A stretch of 64,000 bases of DNA, from positions 2,003-66,002 of the forward strand of contig JARXAF010000123.1 of NCBI GenBank assembly GCA_029865985.1, read 5' to 3'. Positions 1 through 9,016 of this stretch are shown one piece after another (position 1 is the first letter of the stretch; every line of letters starts with the position of its first letter). This DNA is from Verrucomicrobiota bacterium (GTDB taxonomy: Bacteria > Verrucomicrobiota > Verrucomicrobiia > Limisphaerales > UBA9464). The notes beneath the pieces are model-generated. The model saw nothing but the letters and a program-made list of their open reading frames with translations, made no database searches and had not been told where the DNA came from. A program made the translations under genes and the position numbers.

Positions 1-5
1 GGTTC

Positions 6-851
6 ATGGCGTGGATCTACCAGTTGGGAGATTTGGGAATCACTCCGTTCCAAGGGGACAAGCTCCAAGCCGACTTCCCGCGAAACTGGGAAAGTCCGCA
101 CACCATCCTCGGAAACCTGGAGGCACTGATCCGAGACTCGCTGGAACCGCTCTCCCAGAAACTGTTTTGGTTGGTGCCTCTCTTGGGCTTCTTGGCCTTG
201 GTGTCCATGGCACTTTGGGTGGTCCTCACGTGGCTGAGCAGTCGAGGCAGCTTCCTCTTCCTGAACGGGGTGGCCACAAATCAGACGCAGGTAGCAAGTC
301 CGTGGAACGAATTCGTCCGTGAGGGCAACAGCTTGTTCCGCTTCCGGCTGGTTCTCGGTCTGGGGGGCTGCGTGTTGACCCTCGCACTGGTGGTGGGAGC
401 AATCCTCATGCAGGCGTTGTCTTTCGGACCCAATGCCGGATCGGCTTGGCTCGCCTTCGGACTGCTGCTCACTCCAGCCCTGCTCTGCGCCCTGGGACTT
501 TGGCTCATTGGTTCACTGACAGAGGATTTTGTGGTGCCGATCCAGTACCTGCGTCGATGCGGATGTCGGACCGCATGGGGACTCCTGCTGGGCCACATGA
601 CCCGATTCCCCACCGCGTTTCTGCTCTACCTGCTGATCCAGATTCCGTTGTCGCTCGTTACCGCTCTAGCCGTGTTTGTCTTCGCGGTGATCACCTGCTG
701 CGGGTGCTGCCTTCTGTTCGTGCCGTATCTCAGCACCGTGATCCTATTGCCGGTCTTTGTACTGCACCGGGCCTACCCGCTGCACTTTCTGGCCCAACTG
801 GGCGCCGAGTGGAACGCCTTCGGATCAACCGATTCCCCGGCCGGAAGATAA
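6..851 (+). CDS. hypothetical polytopic membrane protein (may be 5'-truncated by the window edge)
   Basis: 281-aa ORF with ATG at 6. It has several long hydrophobic segments (LFWLVPLLGFLALVSMALWVVLTWL, LVLGLGGCVLTLALVVGAILM, LLYLLIQIPLSLVTALAVFVFAVITCCGCCLLFV). No family recognised by eye. Confidence 0.5.
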   Translation: MAWIYQLGDLGITPFQGDKLQADFPRNWESPHTILGNLEALIRDSLEPLSQKLFWLVPLLGFLALVSMALWVVLTWLSSRGSFLFLNGVATNQTQVASPWNEFVREGNSLFRFRLVLGLGGCVLTLALVVGAILMQALSFGPNAGSAWLAFGLLLTPALLCALGLWLIGSLTEDFVVPIQYLRRCGCRTAWGLLLGHMTRFPTAFLLYLLIQIPLSLVTALAVFVFAVITCCGCCLLFVPYLSTVILLPVFVLHRAYPLHFLAQLGAEWNAFGSTDSPAGR

Positions 852-899
852 GCTCCGCCGCCGCGGCCGGTGCAGGCACCGACGCGGGGGAATGCGTTC

Positions 900-3800
900 T
901 CATCGGCCTTCAGCCCGTGCCTGAAAGGTCTCGGCGGTCTCGAGGCGCAAATCGGCCCAGTAGCCAAATTCCCAGGACCAATCGGAGGCGGCGTTCTCGA
1001 GGCGAATGACCACGCGGCGGCCGGCGTAGCGTGTGAGATCGAGGGAGACATCTTTCCAGCGCGGAGCCTCGTGGGTCACCGCCTGCCGATGGATCACCTC
1101 GCCCTCGACCACCACGCGGAGCTCCCAATCGCCTTGGTCATGGGCGGCCACGGCGAATTTCAGAGCTGTCTTACCCTCCCGCGGCAAGTTGATCGCACGG
1201 ACCAAGGCCGCCGGACGTTGGGCGTCGATGGGATGGGTCATGAGCACGTTGCGGCGCCCCACCGCTTCCGGGTACTTGGCGGGCGCGCCTTCAAACTCCG
1301 GGCAATCGACCTGCCAACCTGGGGCCCAGAGTGCAATGGACTCGCCATCGGTTGCCACGGCTGGGCCCTTGCTGTTGGCATCGGGGAGAACGGCGGAGGT
1401 TTCACCAATGAGTTCCTTGCGGCGCTGCGGCGTCAGGGGCTTGCCGTCCTGCGGCGGTGCGAGGATGTACCAGATGAGATTGCGGAAATCGGCGTCGGGC
1501 ATCTCATCGAGCCCTTCAGGCATGGCCGAATTGGGGGTCACGCGCACCGCCTTCACGTTGGATCGATCGATCACCACTTCACTCGAAGCAGCCATGAGCA
1601 ATTTCACCCGGTTGGCGGTGTTCTCGACCATCCGCCCGCTGTGGGTCTGACCGTCGACGGTCTCGACCTCAACGTTCTCATAACCCTGACCAATGATCTC
1701 GTTGGGGTTGATGACATTGTGCAGGAGCGCATCGAGCGAACTGCGACCGACGCCTGTCAAATCGGGCCCGACGGCCGCGCCCTCTCCGTGGAGTTGATGA
1801 CAGACCAGGCACGTCTTGCGGGCAATTTCCTGACCGGCCTTGAGGTCTACCGGACCATCGATCACCACCTTCCGCTTGGCGGCGATGCGCTGAAGGATCT
1901 CGGGTCCCGAGGCTTGGAATCGCCCAAAGATTCGACCGGCCTTGTCCCGCTCATCCGCATTCCGCGAACTGAGAAGTGAGCGAACAGCAGTGGCCGGAAT
2001 GTCGCCTTTGGCAATCTCCCCACGGTCGATGGCATTGTAGAGAGCCCACTTCCAAGCGCCCCGGGTGGTGGAGAACTGGGCGGCGGCCGTGCGCACCGCC
2101 GGGGTCATGGTCTTCCAATGCACGAGCAACTGGCGGGCGGTTTCGTCGTTGCCCGTCTCGGACAACACCCGGACGGCGGCCACTCGAAGCGCATCGGACG
2201 CTGTCGAACCCGCCAGGCTCAAGAGAGCCAAGCGGCCATCCTCACCGCGCTGATTGCGAAGCCCTTGGATCGCCTCCAAGCGTTCAGCCTCCGGGAGGGC
2301 GGTGTCGCTCACGCGTGTCAACTGTGCCCGCAGCGCGCCGACATCGCCCCACAAGGCGCCCAGCTGACGGGCCTTGCCCACAGTGGCGAGGTTCGAACTG
2401 GAGAGGAGTTTCTGGAGCAGTGCCTCGGTGGGTTGAGTCGGCGCCAAGGCCTTGCCGCGCTGGCCATCAATCAGGCCGTCCAGCAAGTACGGGATGAGCG
2501 GAGAGGCCGAGTCGAGCGAGGCCACGATCTCCAGCGTCTTGTCCACGAGCCAATCCTTCCGGGCATCACAAAAGCGGCGGGCCAGCTTGTAGGCCAGCTT
2601 GCCCGACAAGGGGAGATAGCGTTCCCCCTTCTCCTGAAACCAGGCGGCCGTGATGTTGGGGTCGTAGAGCAAGTTGGGCTCGAGGGCCATCCACAGCAGG
2701 AAGGGCAAGTCGCGGTCGGTGGAAGCCTTGGCGGTTCCCAGAAGTTTCTCGGCCACGGCCGTCACCAAGGGCCCAAGGACCGCGATGTCGTGCGATGGCG
2801 GGGTGTTGACCGTGAGGGATCCGCCGGAGAACTGGCGTAGGGCCGTGGCGACAGCCGTGAGCACGGTTGGGTTCTCGTCGGTGGCCAGCAATTCGAGGCG
2901 CTTCTGAACTCGTTCGGTGAGGCGATTGTTCTCACCCGTGAACCGGGCCGCCCACATGCGCAGCGACGGCAAGGAGGCATCGGCCGCCTCGTCCAAGACA
3001 GCGTCATCGGCCAGGCCAGCACTGAACAAGGTCCACAAAGCGGCCAAACGGCCATCTTCAGAACCCGATGATTTCATGCGCGTGACCATGGCGCCTTTTT
3101 GCGAGGCAATGTCGGGGCGCTCCGACAGAATCCGTTGGGCCATGCGGCGGTGCCAACCGTTGGAGTGACCGAGGGTCTGGACGAGCTCGGCGGTGCTCCG
3201 CTCGGCCAATGCCAATCCCGCGGGTCGAGACGGCACGGGCCGACCGGGTTGGTCTCCGGCCCAGACAATGCGCCAGATGCGGCCACGCTCACGATCCACG
3301 CCTTCGGGATCGGCACCCGCGTTCTGGTAGCAGGGATACTTGTCGTACCAGTCCATGACCCACACCGCGCCATCGGGGCCGGTTTGCGTGCTCACCGGCA
3401 TGAACCACCCATCGTTGCCACGGAGGAAATCGCCGTTGGCCGAAGCGAGGAAGGTACTGCCCTGAGGTGTCAGACGATCGCGGTGAATGGCGTTGTCATG
3501 GATGTTCCCCTGAAGGGCCATGCCGCGGAACTCCGCCGGGTATTGGTCACCTTGATAAATGTCCACGCCTGCGTAAGCCGCCATGTGGTGCTTGTGATCG
3601 ACGATGCTGGGCAGCAAGTCGTAGGCGTAGGGATAGGGAGGTTGACCCGCCTGCCGTTGGTAGAGCCCGCCTGGGGCGAGGTGGAAAAAATGATCGATGA
3701 CACAGGCGCTGACGAAGGCGTTGCCCCGGGCGTCGAAGTCCACGCCCCAAGGATTGGATGTGCCCTCGGCGAAGATCTCCATGCGCCGAGTCTTCGGCTG

Positions 3801-4517
3801 AAAACGCGCCACTCCCGCTGTCAGCAACACGGGTTCTCCAGGCTTGGCCGGATCCACGGCTTGAGTCCGAGTGAACACCCCGTGGGTCATGTACATCTGG
3901 CCGTCGGGACCCCAGGTGAAGCCATTGAGGAGTTCGTGCCGGTCTTCGAGACCAAAGCCGGTTTGAACAATGGTTTGCTTGTCGGCAACGAGATCTCCGT
4001 CGGTGTCCTCGAGGAAATACATATTCGGGGCAGCCCCCAGGTACACGCCGCCATTGGCCACCAGAATGCCCGTGGCCAGCGTGAAGCCATCGGCGAACAC
4101 CTTGACCGAATCGGCACGACCGTCGCCGTCGGTGTCTTCGAGTACCTTGATACGGTCGCGTCCCTTCTCTCCCGGCTTGGTGCCCAGCGGATATTCGTAG
4201 AGTTCCACCACCCAAAGGCGTCCTCGATCGTCCCAGGTCATGGCCACGGGATTCACCACTTCGGGCTCCGAGGCAAAGAGCCTCGCTTCAAAGCCCGGCA
4301 ACAGCGTGAAGCGCTTGCGGGCTTCTTCGGGGCTGTAGGCGGGGTTGTCGGCCGGCTTGTGCTGGCCCGCCAACTGCCGTCCCGACGGGGCATTGGTATA
4401 CACCGGAAACCCGAACTTCGGATGCCGGGGCACCTCGGCCAAGAGGACCGAGGCGGTGACGGCTGAAAGTCCTGCGGCAATGAGTGCGGCGAGGGACAGG
4501 CTGGATCGAAGGATCAT
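900..4517 (-). CDS. PVC-type membrane-bound dehydrogenase domain / heme-binding (CxxCH) domain protein with HEAT-like repeats
   Basis: The ORF 900-4607 starts on TTG. The in-frame ATG at 4517 gives a signal-like N-terminus, MILRSSLSLAALIAAGLSAVTASVLLA. The N-terminal block resembles a glucose/sorbosone-dehydrogenase beta-propeller (DDRGRLWVVE, TDGDGRADS, TDGDLVAD). A central helical repeat region follows, then CLVCHQLHGEG, a c-type heme CxxCH motif, and an extra C-terminal beta-rich domain. Confidence 0.8.
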   Translation of the reverse strand: MILRSSLSLAALIAAGLSAVTASVLLAEVPRHPKFGFPVYTNAPSGRQLAGQHKPADNPAYSPEEARKRFTLLPGFEARLFASEPEVVNPVAMTWDDRGRLWVVELYEYPLGTKPGEKGRDRIKVLEDTDGDGRADSVKVFADGFTLATGILVANGGVYLGAAPNMYFLEDTDGDLVADKQTIVQTGFGLEDRHELLNGFTWGPDGQMYMTHGVFTRTQAVDPAKPGEPVLLTAGVARFQPKTRRMEIFAEGTSNPWGVDFDARGNAFVSACVIDHFFHLAPGGLYQRQAGQPPYPYAYDLLPSIVDHKHHMAAYAGVDIYQGDQYPAEFRGMALQGNIHDNAIHRDRLTPQGSTFLASANGDFLRGNDGWFMPVSTQTGPDGAVWVMDWYDKYPCYQNAGADPEGVDRERGRIWRIVWAGDQPGRPVPSRPAGLALAERSTAELVQTLGHSNGWHRRMAQRILSERPDIASQKGAMVTRMKSSGSEDGRLAALWTLFSAGLADDAVLDEAADASLPSLRMWAARFTGENNRLTERVQKRLELLATDENPTVLTAVATALRQFSGGSLTVNTPPSHDIAVLGPLVTAVAEKLLGTAKASTDRDLPFLLWMALEPNLLYDPNITAAWFQEKGERYLPLSGKLAYKLARRFCDARKDWLVDKTLEIVASLDSASPLIPYLLDGLIDGQRGKALAPTQPTEALLQKLLSSSNLATVGKARQLGALWGDVGALRAQLTRVSDTALPEAERLEAIQGLRNQRGEDGRLALLSLAGSTASDALRVAAVRVLSETGNDETARQLLVHWKTMTPAVRTAAAQFSTTRGAWKWALYNAIDRGEIAKGDIPATAVRSLLSSRNADERDKAGRIFGRFQASGPEILQRIAAKRKVVIDGPVDLKAGQEIARKTCLVCHQLHGEGAAVGPDLTGVGRSSLDALLHNVINPNEIIGQGYENVEVETVDGQTHSGRMVENTANRVKLLMAASSEVVIDRSNVKAVRVTPNSAMPEGLDEMPDADFRNLIWYILAPPQDGKPLTPQRRKELIGETSAVLPDANSKGPAVATDGESIALWAPGWQVDCPEFEGAPAKYPEAVGRRNVLMTHPIDAQRPAALVRAINLPREGKTALKFAVAAHDQGDWELRVVVEGEVIHRQAVTHEAPRWKDVSLDLTRYAGRRVVIRLENAASDWSWEFGYWADLRLETAETFQARAEGR

Positions 4518-4679
4518 GGCGTCGGTGGCTGGAGGCTTTGGAAAGATCGGAATGCGGAATATTGAGAGGGCACGTCCCACCGGACCCAGACCCGGCGGCT
4601 GAGACAACGGAACCCGTTAGAACGATGTATCAACGGTGCATCAAACCGCCCGCCGGTTCCCCGCGGGCCACCTCCGACT

Positions 4680-5555
4680 TCAGGAGGCAAAGATCTGATC
4701 CATCTCGGTGGAGAGCTTCTTGAGACCCTCCGGTGAACCGGCCCCGCCCTGCTCGGCGATGCCCCACCCTTGATAACCAATCTCGTCGAGGGCCTTCATC
4801 ACCGCGGGCCAGTTGTTGTCGCCCTTGAGGAACTCGGCATCGAAGCCAGCCCACTTGCCCTGCTTGTCGGACTTGGCGCGGCTGTACTCCTTGATGTGCA
4901 GCGTGGCGATGCGCTTGCCCAGGATGCGGACCCACTGCTCGGGCCATCCATAATGGATCAGGTTCCCCACATCGAGGTGCCAGCCTACCATCGGGCTCTT
5001 GAATTCGTCGACGTAGCGGGCGGCCTCGAGCGGGCTGAGGAGGAAATTGTTCCAGACGTTCTCGATGGCGATCTTGACGCCCAACTCCTCGGCCAGCGGC
5101 ACCACCTTGCGGATCTCGGCCTGGGATCGGGTGTAGGCGTCGGCATAGCTGATGGAGGCGTTGACCACGGCCGGCACCAGCAGCACCGCCGGAGCGCCGT
5201 AAGCCTTGGCGTCGCGCAGCGACAACTTGAGCCCCTCAACACCGACCTCGCGGACAGCCGGATTCGGGTCGGACAGCGGCTTGGCCCAGTGCGTGTGGCA
5301 GCACACCGAACCCGCCTTGAGACCGGTGGCCTTGAGGGCGGCATTCATCTCGGCATTGTCCATGCCGCCCATCGGCTCCACCCCGTCATAACCCGCCGCC
5401 TTGACCGCCTCCATTTTCTGCATCACCGAACCAGGCACTCCCACGGTGCCCCACATGATCCCCTTGAGGATCTTGCGCTTGGGTGCGGTTTGCGCGATGG
5501 CGGGCAACGAAGCTCCGAAGAGGGCAGCGGTCTGGAGAAAATGACGGCGATTCAT
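4680..5555 (-). CDS. sugar phosphate isomerase/epimerase (xylose isomerase-like TIM barrel), Tat-exported
   Basis: The ATG at 5555 gives MNRRHFLQTAALFGASLPAIAQ, a twin-arginine signal. The body (YDGVEP, GLKAGSVCCHTHW, KIAIENVWNNFL, GWHLDVGNLIHYG, HIKEY) is typical of the AP-endonuclease-2/xylose-isomerase-like TIM-barrel family. Confidence 0.8.
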   Translation of the reverse strand: MNRRHFLQTAALFGASLPAIAQTAPKRKILKGIMWGTVGVPGSVMQKMEAVKAAGYDGVEPMGGMDNAEMNAALKATGLKAGSVCCHTHWAKPLSDPNPAVREVGVEGLKLSLRDAKAYGAPAVLLVPAVVNASISYADAYTRSQAEIRKVVPLAEELGVKIAIENVWNNFLLSPLEAARYVDEFKSPMVGWHLDVGNLIHYGWPEQWVRILGKRIATLHIKEYSRAKSDKQGKWAGFDAEFLKGDNNWPAVMKALDEIGYQGWGIAEQGGAGSPEGLKKLSTEMDQIFAS

Positions 5556-5670
5556 GGCAATGGAGAAATCGGGGGGTTGGGGCAACGGATCCGGAACAAA
5601 CACAGCGGAGACCGACGAGAAAAAGACCAACTGGGCCCGATGAAAAGCCCAGTTGGTCTTCGATGGGAGG

Positions 5671-6972
5671 TTAGGACAACTTGGTCTTGCCCGGAACCGG
5701 CAGCGGCTCGATCGGGAGCTTCATGTCCCAAGACATGTTGTCCGGAACGAGCTGAATCTTCGAATTGAGGGCCTGCTCCCAGGTGACCTCCTGGCCGGTG
5801 TAAGCCGAAAGGCGGCCCATGATGCCAGCCAACGTGCTGTTGACCATGCGGTCGCCGTCGTTGTGGAACTCGCCGGCGCGAATGGCCCTGTAGAGGTGCT
5901 GGTGTTCGACAACGTACATGTCGGGATTTTCGCCCCGATAACGCCAGCCGTTCGATCCATCGGCATTCTTGAAGTAGGCGTTGGACCAACCGTTCCAGCC
6001 CTTGCCCTTGCCACCGAGCACGTAATCGCTGTTGTCGCTGTAGCAGTTGGCGATCTGGCGCTGGGCAATGACGCCGCGGGCGCCGTTGGCCCACTCGTAG
6101 GTGGCCGTCATGTGGTCGAAAATGTTGCCCTCGTAGTTCGGGTGCACCCGACCGCCGTTGGCCACGACCTTGGCCGGCGGCTTGTCGCCGAAGGCCCACA
6201 TCATCTTGTCCACCGTGTGGATGCACTGCTCAACGAAGCCGTCACCAGCCAGCCAGGTGAAGTTCATCCAGTTGCGCATCTGCCACTCGAGGTCGCCCAC
6301 GCCGTCCTTGCGTTGCGAGGGAGCCTGCATCGGTTTCACTGGGCCGGTCAGATAGGTGCCGTACATCGCCAGCACCTCGCCGATCTCACCCTCGTTGATG
6401 CGCTTGAAGAACTCGCGCCGCGGCAACGAATAACGCCAGCAGTAACCGGCCACAATGTTGAGCTTGGCTTCCTTGGACATGCGGACCGACTCCATCACGT
6501 GACGAATGCCGGCGCTGTCGGTGGCCATGGGCTTCTCACAGAAGATGTGCTTCTTCTTTTCGACCGCGTAGCGGAGGTGGGTCGGACGGAATCCCGGAGG
6601 CGAGGCCAAGAGCACCACGTCGACACCGGCATCGATCACCTTCTGGTAGGCGTCGAGACCCACGAAGCGCTTGGAGGGCTCCACCTGGACGCGGCCGGGG
6701 AACTGCTTGTCCAAGCTGGAGTGGCTCTGCTTGAGCTGATCATCAAAGGCGTCGCCCATGGCCACGAGGACCAGGTTCTTGTCGGCCTCCAGCGCATTGC
6801 CGGCAGCGCCGGTACCACGACCGCCGCAGCCCACGAGGCCGATGCGAATGGTATCGGTGTTGGCGGCGAAGGCGCGGTCCCGCATCAGCAAAGCCGGTGC
6901 GGCAAACGTCAGGGCAGCGGCGGTGGAGCTGGACTTGAGAAAGTCCCGGCGGTTCTCGAGGGGTGAATTCAT
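5671..6972 (-). CDS. Gfo/Idh/MocA family oxidoreductase, Tat-exported
   Basis: The N-terminus MNSPLENRRDFLKSSSTAAALTFAAPALL is a Tat signal. It is followed by the Rossmann motif IRIGLVGCGGRGTGAA and a KHIFCEKP motif characteristic of Gfo/Idh/MocA enzymes. Confidence 0.85.
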   Translation of the reverse strand: MNSPLENRRDFLKSSSTAAALTFAAPALLMRDRAFAANTDTIRIGLVGCGGRGTGAAGNALEADKNLVLVAMGDAFDDQLKQSHSSLDKQFPGRVQVEPSKRFVGLDAYQKVIDAGVDVVLLASPPGFRPTHLRYAVEKKKHIFCEKPMATDSAGIRHVMESVRMSKEAKLNIVAGYCWRYSLPRREFFKRINEGEIGEVLAMYGTYLTGPVKPMQAPSQRKDGVGDLEWQMRNWMNFTWLAGDGFVEQCIHTVDKMMWAFGDKPPAKVVANGGRVHPNYEGNIFDHMTATYEWANGARGVIAQRQIANCYSDNSDYVLGGKGKGWNGWSNAYFKNADGSNGWRYRGENPDMYVVEHQHLYRAIRAGEFHNDGDRMVNSTLAGIMGRLSAYTGQEVTWEQALNSKIQLVPDNMSWDMKLPIEPLPVPGKTKLS

Positions 6973-7187
6973 AGCTGGGAAATGACGACACTCTTGGTCC
7001 GAAATTCAACCCTCCCCGTCAAGCTTGGCCCCCGAAAACACGCAGAAAAATCAAGTGCCTCTCCGCAGCGATCCATGGGTAACGACGCTCGAAAGCACAG
7101 CACTCTCCGACCTCAAGCCCAGAACTCTTTCGAAAAGACTGCTTGCCGAAGCCTCCTTCCCCGATACCTTGCGCATCCGCTTTTGGC

Positions 7188-7262
7188 GGGTCGGTAGCTC
7201 AGCGGTAGAGCAGCGGCCTTTTAAGCCGTTGGTCCAGGGTTCAAATCCCTGCCGACCCACCA
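7188..7262 (+). tRNA. tRNA-Lys (anticodon UUU)
   Basis: GGGTCGGTAGCTCAGCGGTAGAGCAGCGGCCTTTTAAGCCGTTGGTCCAGGGTTCAAATCCCTGCCGACCCACCA. The acceptor stem GGGTCGG/CCGACCC pairs, the anticodon loop is CTTTTAA, the T-loop is GGTTCAAATCC, and CCA is encoded. Confidence 0.9.
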
Positions 7263-7332
7263 TCCGTTTTGGCGTGAAATTATAGCGTGACAAGTATGGC
7301 GATAGTCTGCGAAAGACTCGCCGCTCTTTTTA

Positions 7333-7407
7333 GACCCCATCGTCTAGCGGTTAGGACACCGCCCTTTCACGGCAGTAACCGGGGTTCGATTCCCCGTGGG
7401 GTCGCCA
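7333..7407 (+). tRNA. tRNA-Glu (anticodon UUC)
   Basis: GACCCCATCGTCTAGCGGTTAGGACACCGCCCTTTCACGGCAGTAACCGGGGTTCGATTCCCCGTGGGGTCGCCA. The acceptor stem GACCCCA/TGGGGTC pairs, the anticodon loop is CTTTCAC, the T-loop is GGTTCGATTCC, and CCA is encoded. Confidence 0.9.
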
Positions 7408-7412
7408 TTTAA

Positions 7413-7451
7413 AACCCTCGGAAACAGAACGTTTCCGAGGGTTTTTTATTT
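7413..7451 (+). terminator. rho-independent terminator after the tRNA-Lys/tRNA-Glu pair
   Basis: A perfect 13-bp stem AACCCTCGGAAAC / GTTTCCGAGGGTT with a 5-nt loop, followed by TTTTATTTT. Confidence 0.8.
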
Positions 7452-7510
7452 TCCACCGGCCCATCCGAACCGTTCTCACCCGGCCTGACTGCAACCACAT
7501 CCAAACCCAG

Positions 7511-9016
7511 TCAGGCCAAGATGCGCCGGATGACCTCGGGTTCCACAACGCCGGTGAGTTTCTGGTCGAGACCACCGTAGAAGTAAGTGAGCCGCTGGGG
7601 ATCCAGACCCATGAGGTGCAAGATCGTGGCGTGCAAGTCGCGGATGTGATGGCGATCCACGGCGGCCTCGTGGCCCAGTTCGTCGGTCTCGCCATAGCTG
7701 GTGCCACCACGAACGCCTCCGCCCGCCAACCAGTACGTAAAGCCCTTCGGATTGTGGTCACGGCCACCATTGCCGCCCTGTGAGACCGCCTGGCGCCCGA
7801 ACTCGCCGCCCCAAACGATGAGCGTCGAATCGAGCAGTCCCCTCTGTTCGAGATCGGCCAGGAGTGCAGCGATGGGGCGATCGATTTCCGGGCCGTGAAT
7901 GCGGAGGTTTTCCTCCACACCGTTGTGGGCGTCCCAGTTCTGCTGCTGGTGACCGCCGCCGTGATAGATCTGGATAAAGCGAACACCCCGCTCGACCAAG
8001 CGCCGGGCGATGAGGCATTGGCGACCGAAGGGCGCAGGCCCCAGGGCCAGCGGGTGATCATCGGGGCGCGACTGGTTGACGCCATAGCTCTCCAAAGTGG
8101 CGGCCGATTCCTGCGACAGGTCGAGAGCGTCGGGGGCGCTGCGCTGGAGTTGGAAGGCCAACTCGTAGCTGGCGATGCGGGCCTGCAATTCGCTGAACCC
8201 GGGACGCGAGGCCAGGTGCCCGGCGTTGAGCTCATTGAGCGTGGAAATGGTGTCGCGCTGGACCACCGAGGGCGAACCATCGGCTGGATCGAGGTTCAGG
8301 ATGGGATTGCCTGAGGCCCGGAAGACCGTGCCCTGGTAAGCCGCGGGCATGAATCCGCTGGACCAGTTGGCCGCCCCGCTGATGGGCCCGCCACGCGGAT
8401 CGAGCATGACCACATAGCCCGGGAGGTTCGCGTTGGCCGAACCCAGCCCATACGACAACCACGACCCCATCGACGGCCATCCCTGGAGGACACGACCGCT
8501 GTTCATCTGGATCATCGCCGAACCGTGGGCGAAGGAGTCGGCATACAACGACTTGACCACCGCCAACTTGTCCATGTGCCCGGACAGGTGCGGCAGCACA
8601 TCGCTGCACCAGAGACCGGACTGGCCGTATTGACGGAAAGTCCGCTTGGAGCCCAGCAGGGTTCCGGGCTTCACGTCGCGGCGACGCTGTTCGAGCGACG
8701 CAGTCTGCCCGTGGCGACGGTTCAACTCCGGCTTGTAGTCGAAGAGGTCCATTTGCGAGGGCCCTCCGTACATGAACAGAAAAATACAGGCCTTGGCCTT
8801 CGTTGGAAGGTGCGGCGGCTTCACCCGCATCGGATCCGACGACACGCTGGCGGCCACGTCGGGTCGCGCAAAGAACCCATCGGCTTCGAGCATTCCAGAC
8901 AGCGCCATGCCTGTGAAACCCGCACCGAACTGGGCCAGGAAATCACGCCGGGATCCGGCGCACAGGGGAGAACCTGAGCGGGAGGCGCTGGAAGACGCGG
9001 AGGATTCAATCGACAT
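7511..9016 (-). CDS. DUF1501 family protein (alkaline-phosphatase/sulfatase-like fold), Tat-exported
   Basis: The ATG at 9016 gives MSIESS...SRRDFLAQFGAGFTGMAL, a Tat signal. Family hallmarks are CIFLFMYGGPSQMDLFDYKP and a C-terminal GGRDHNPKGFTYWLAGGGVRGG. The start overlaps the stop of the upstream DUF1553 gene (ATGTCGATTGA). Confidence 0.85.
   Translation of the reverse strand: MSIESSASSSASRSGSPLCAGSRRDFLAQFGAGFTGMALSGMLEADGFFARPDVAASVSSDPMRVKPPHLPTKAKACIFLFMYGGPSQMDLFDYKPELNRRHGQTASLEQRRRDVKPGTLLGSKRTFRQYGQSGLWCSDVLPHLSGHMDKLAVVKSLYADSFAHGSAMIQMNSGRVLQGWPSMGSWLSYGLGSANANLPGYVVMLDPRGGPISGAANWSSGFMPAAYQGTVFRASGNPILNLDPADGSPSVVQRDTISTLNELNAGHLASRPGFSELQARIASYELAFQLQRSAPDALDLSQESAATLESYGVNQSRPDDHPLALGPAPFGRQCLIARRLVERGVRFIQIYHGGGHQQQNWDAHNGVEENLRIHGPEIDRPIAALLADLEQRGLLDSTLIVWGGEFGRQAVSQGGNGGRDHNPKGFTYWLAGGGVRGGTSYGETDELGHEAAVDRHHIRDLHATILHLMGLDPQRLTYFYGGLDQKLTGVVEPEVIRRILA

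Noticed and set aside
870-6966. Long plus-strand ORFs (870-1979, 3099-4466, 4770-5768, 5653-6966) opposite the dehydrogenase cluster
   Set aside because: These are antisense to genes with clear family motifs and Tat signals. The translations are compositionally biased and have no recognisable motifs.
7188-7407. tRNA-Lys/tRNA-Glu (and tRNA-Pro at 54591) as genomic-island integration sites
   Set aside because: There is no integrase, transposase, phage gene or direct repeat of a tRNA 3' end nearby. Flanking genes show the same composition as the rest of the window. Only the short repeats after tRNA-Pro remain unexplained, and these are reported separately.
7351-8280. 309-aa minus-strand ORF overlapping tRNA-Glu and DUF1501
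   Set aside because: It is out of frame with the well-supported DUF1501 gene, runs through a tRNA gene and its terminator, and has a low-complexity Ser/Pro/Arg-rich translation.
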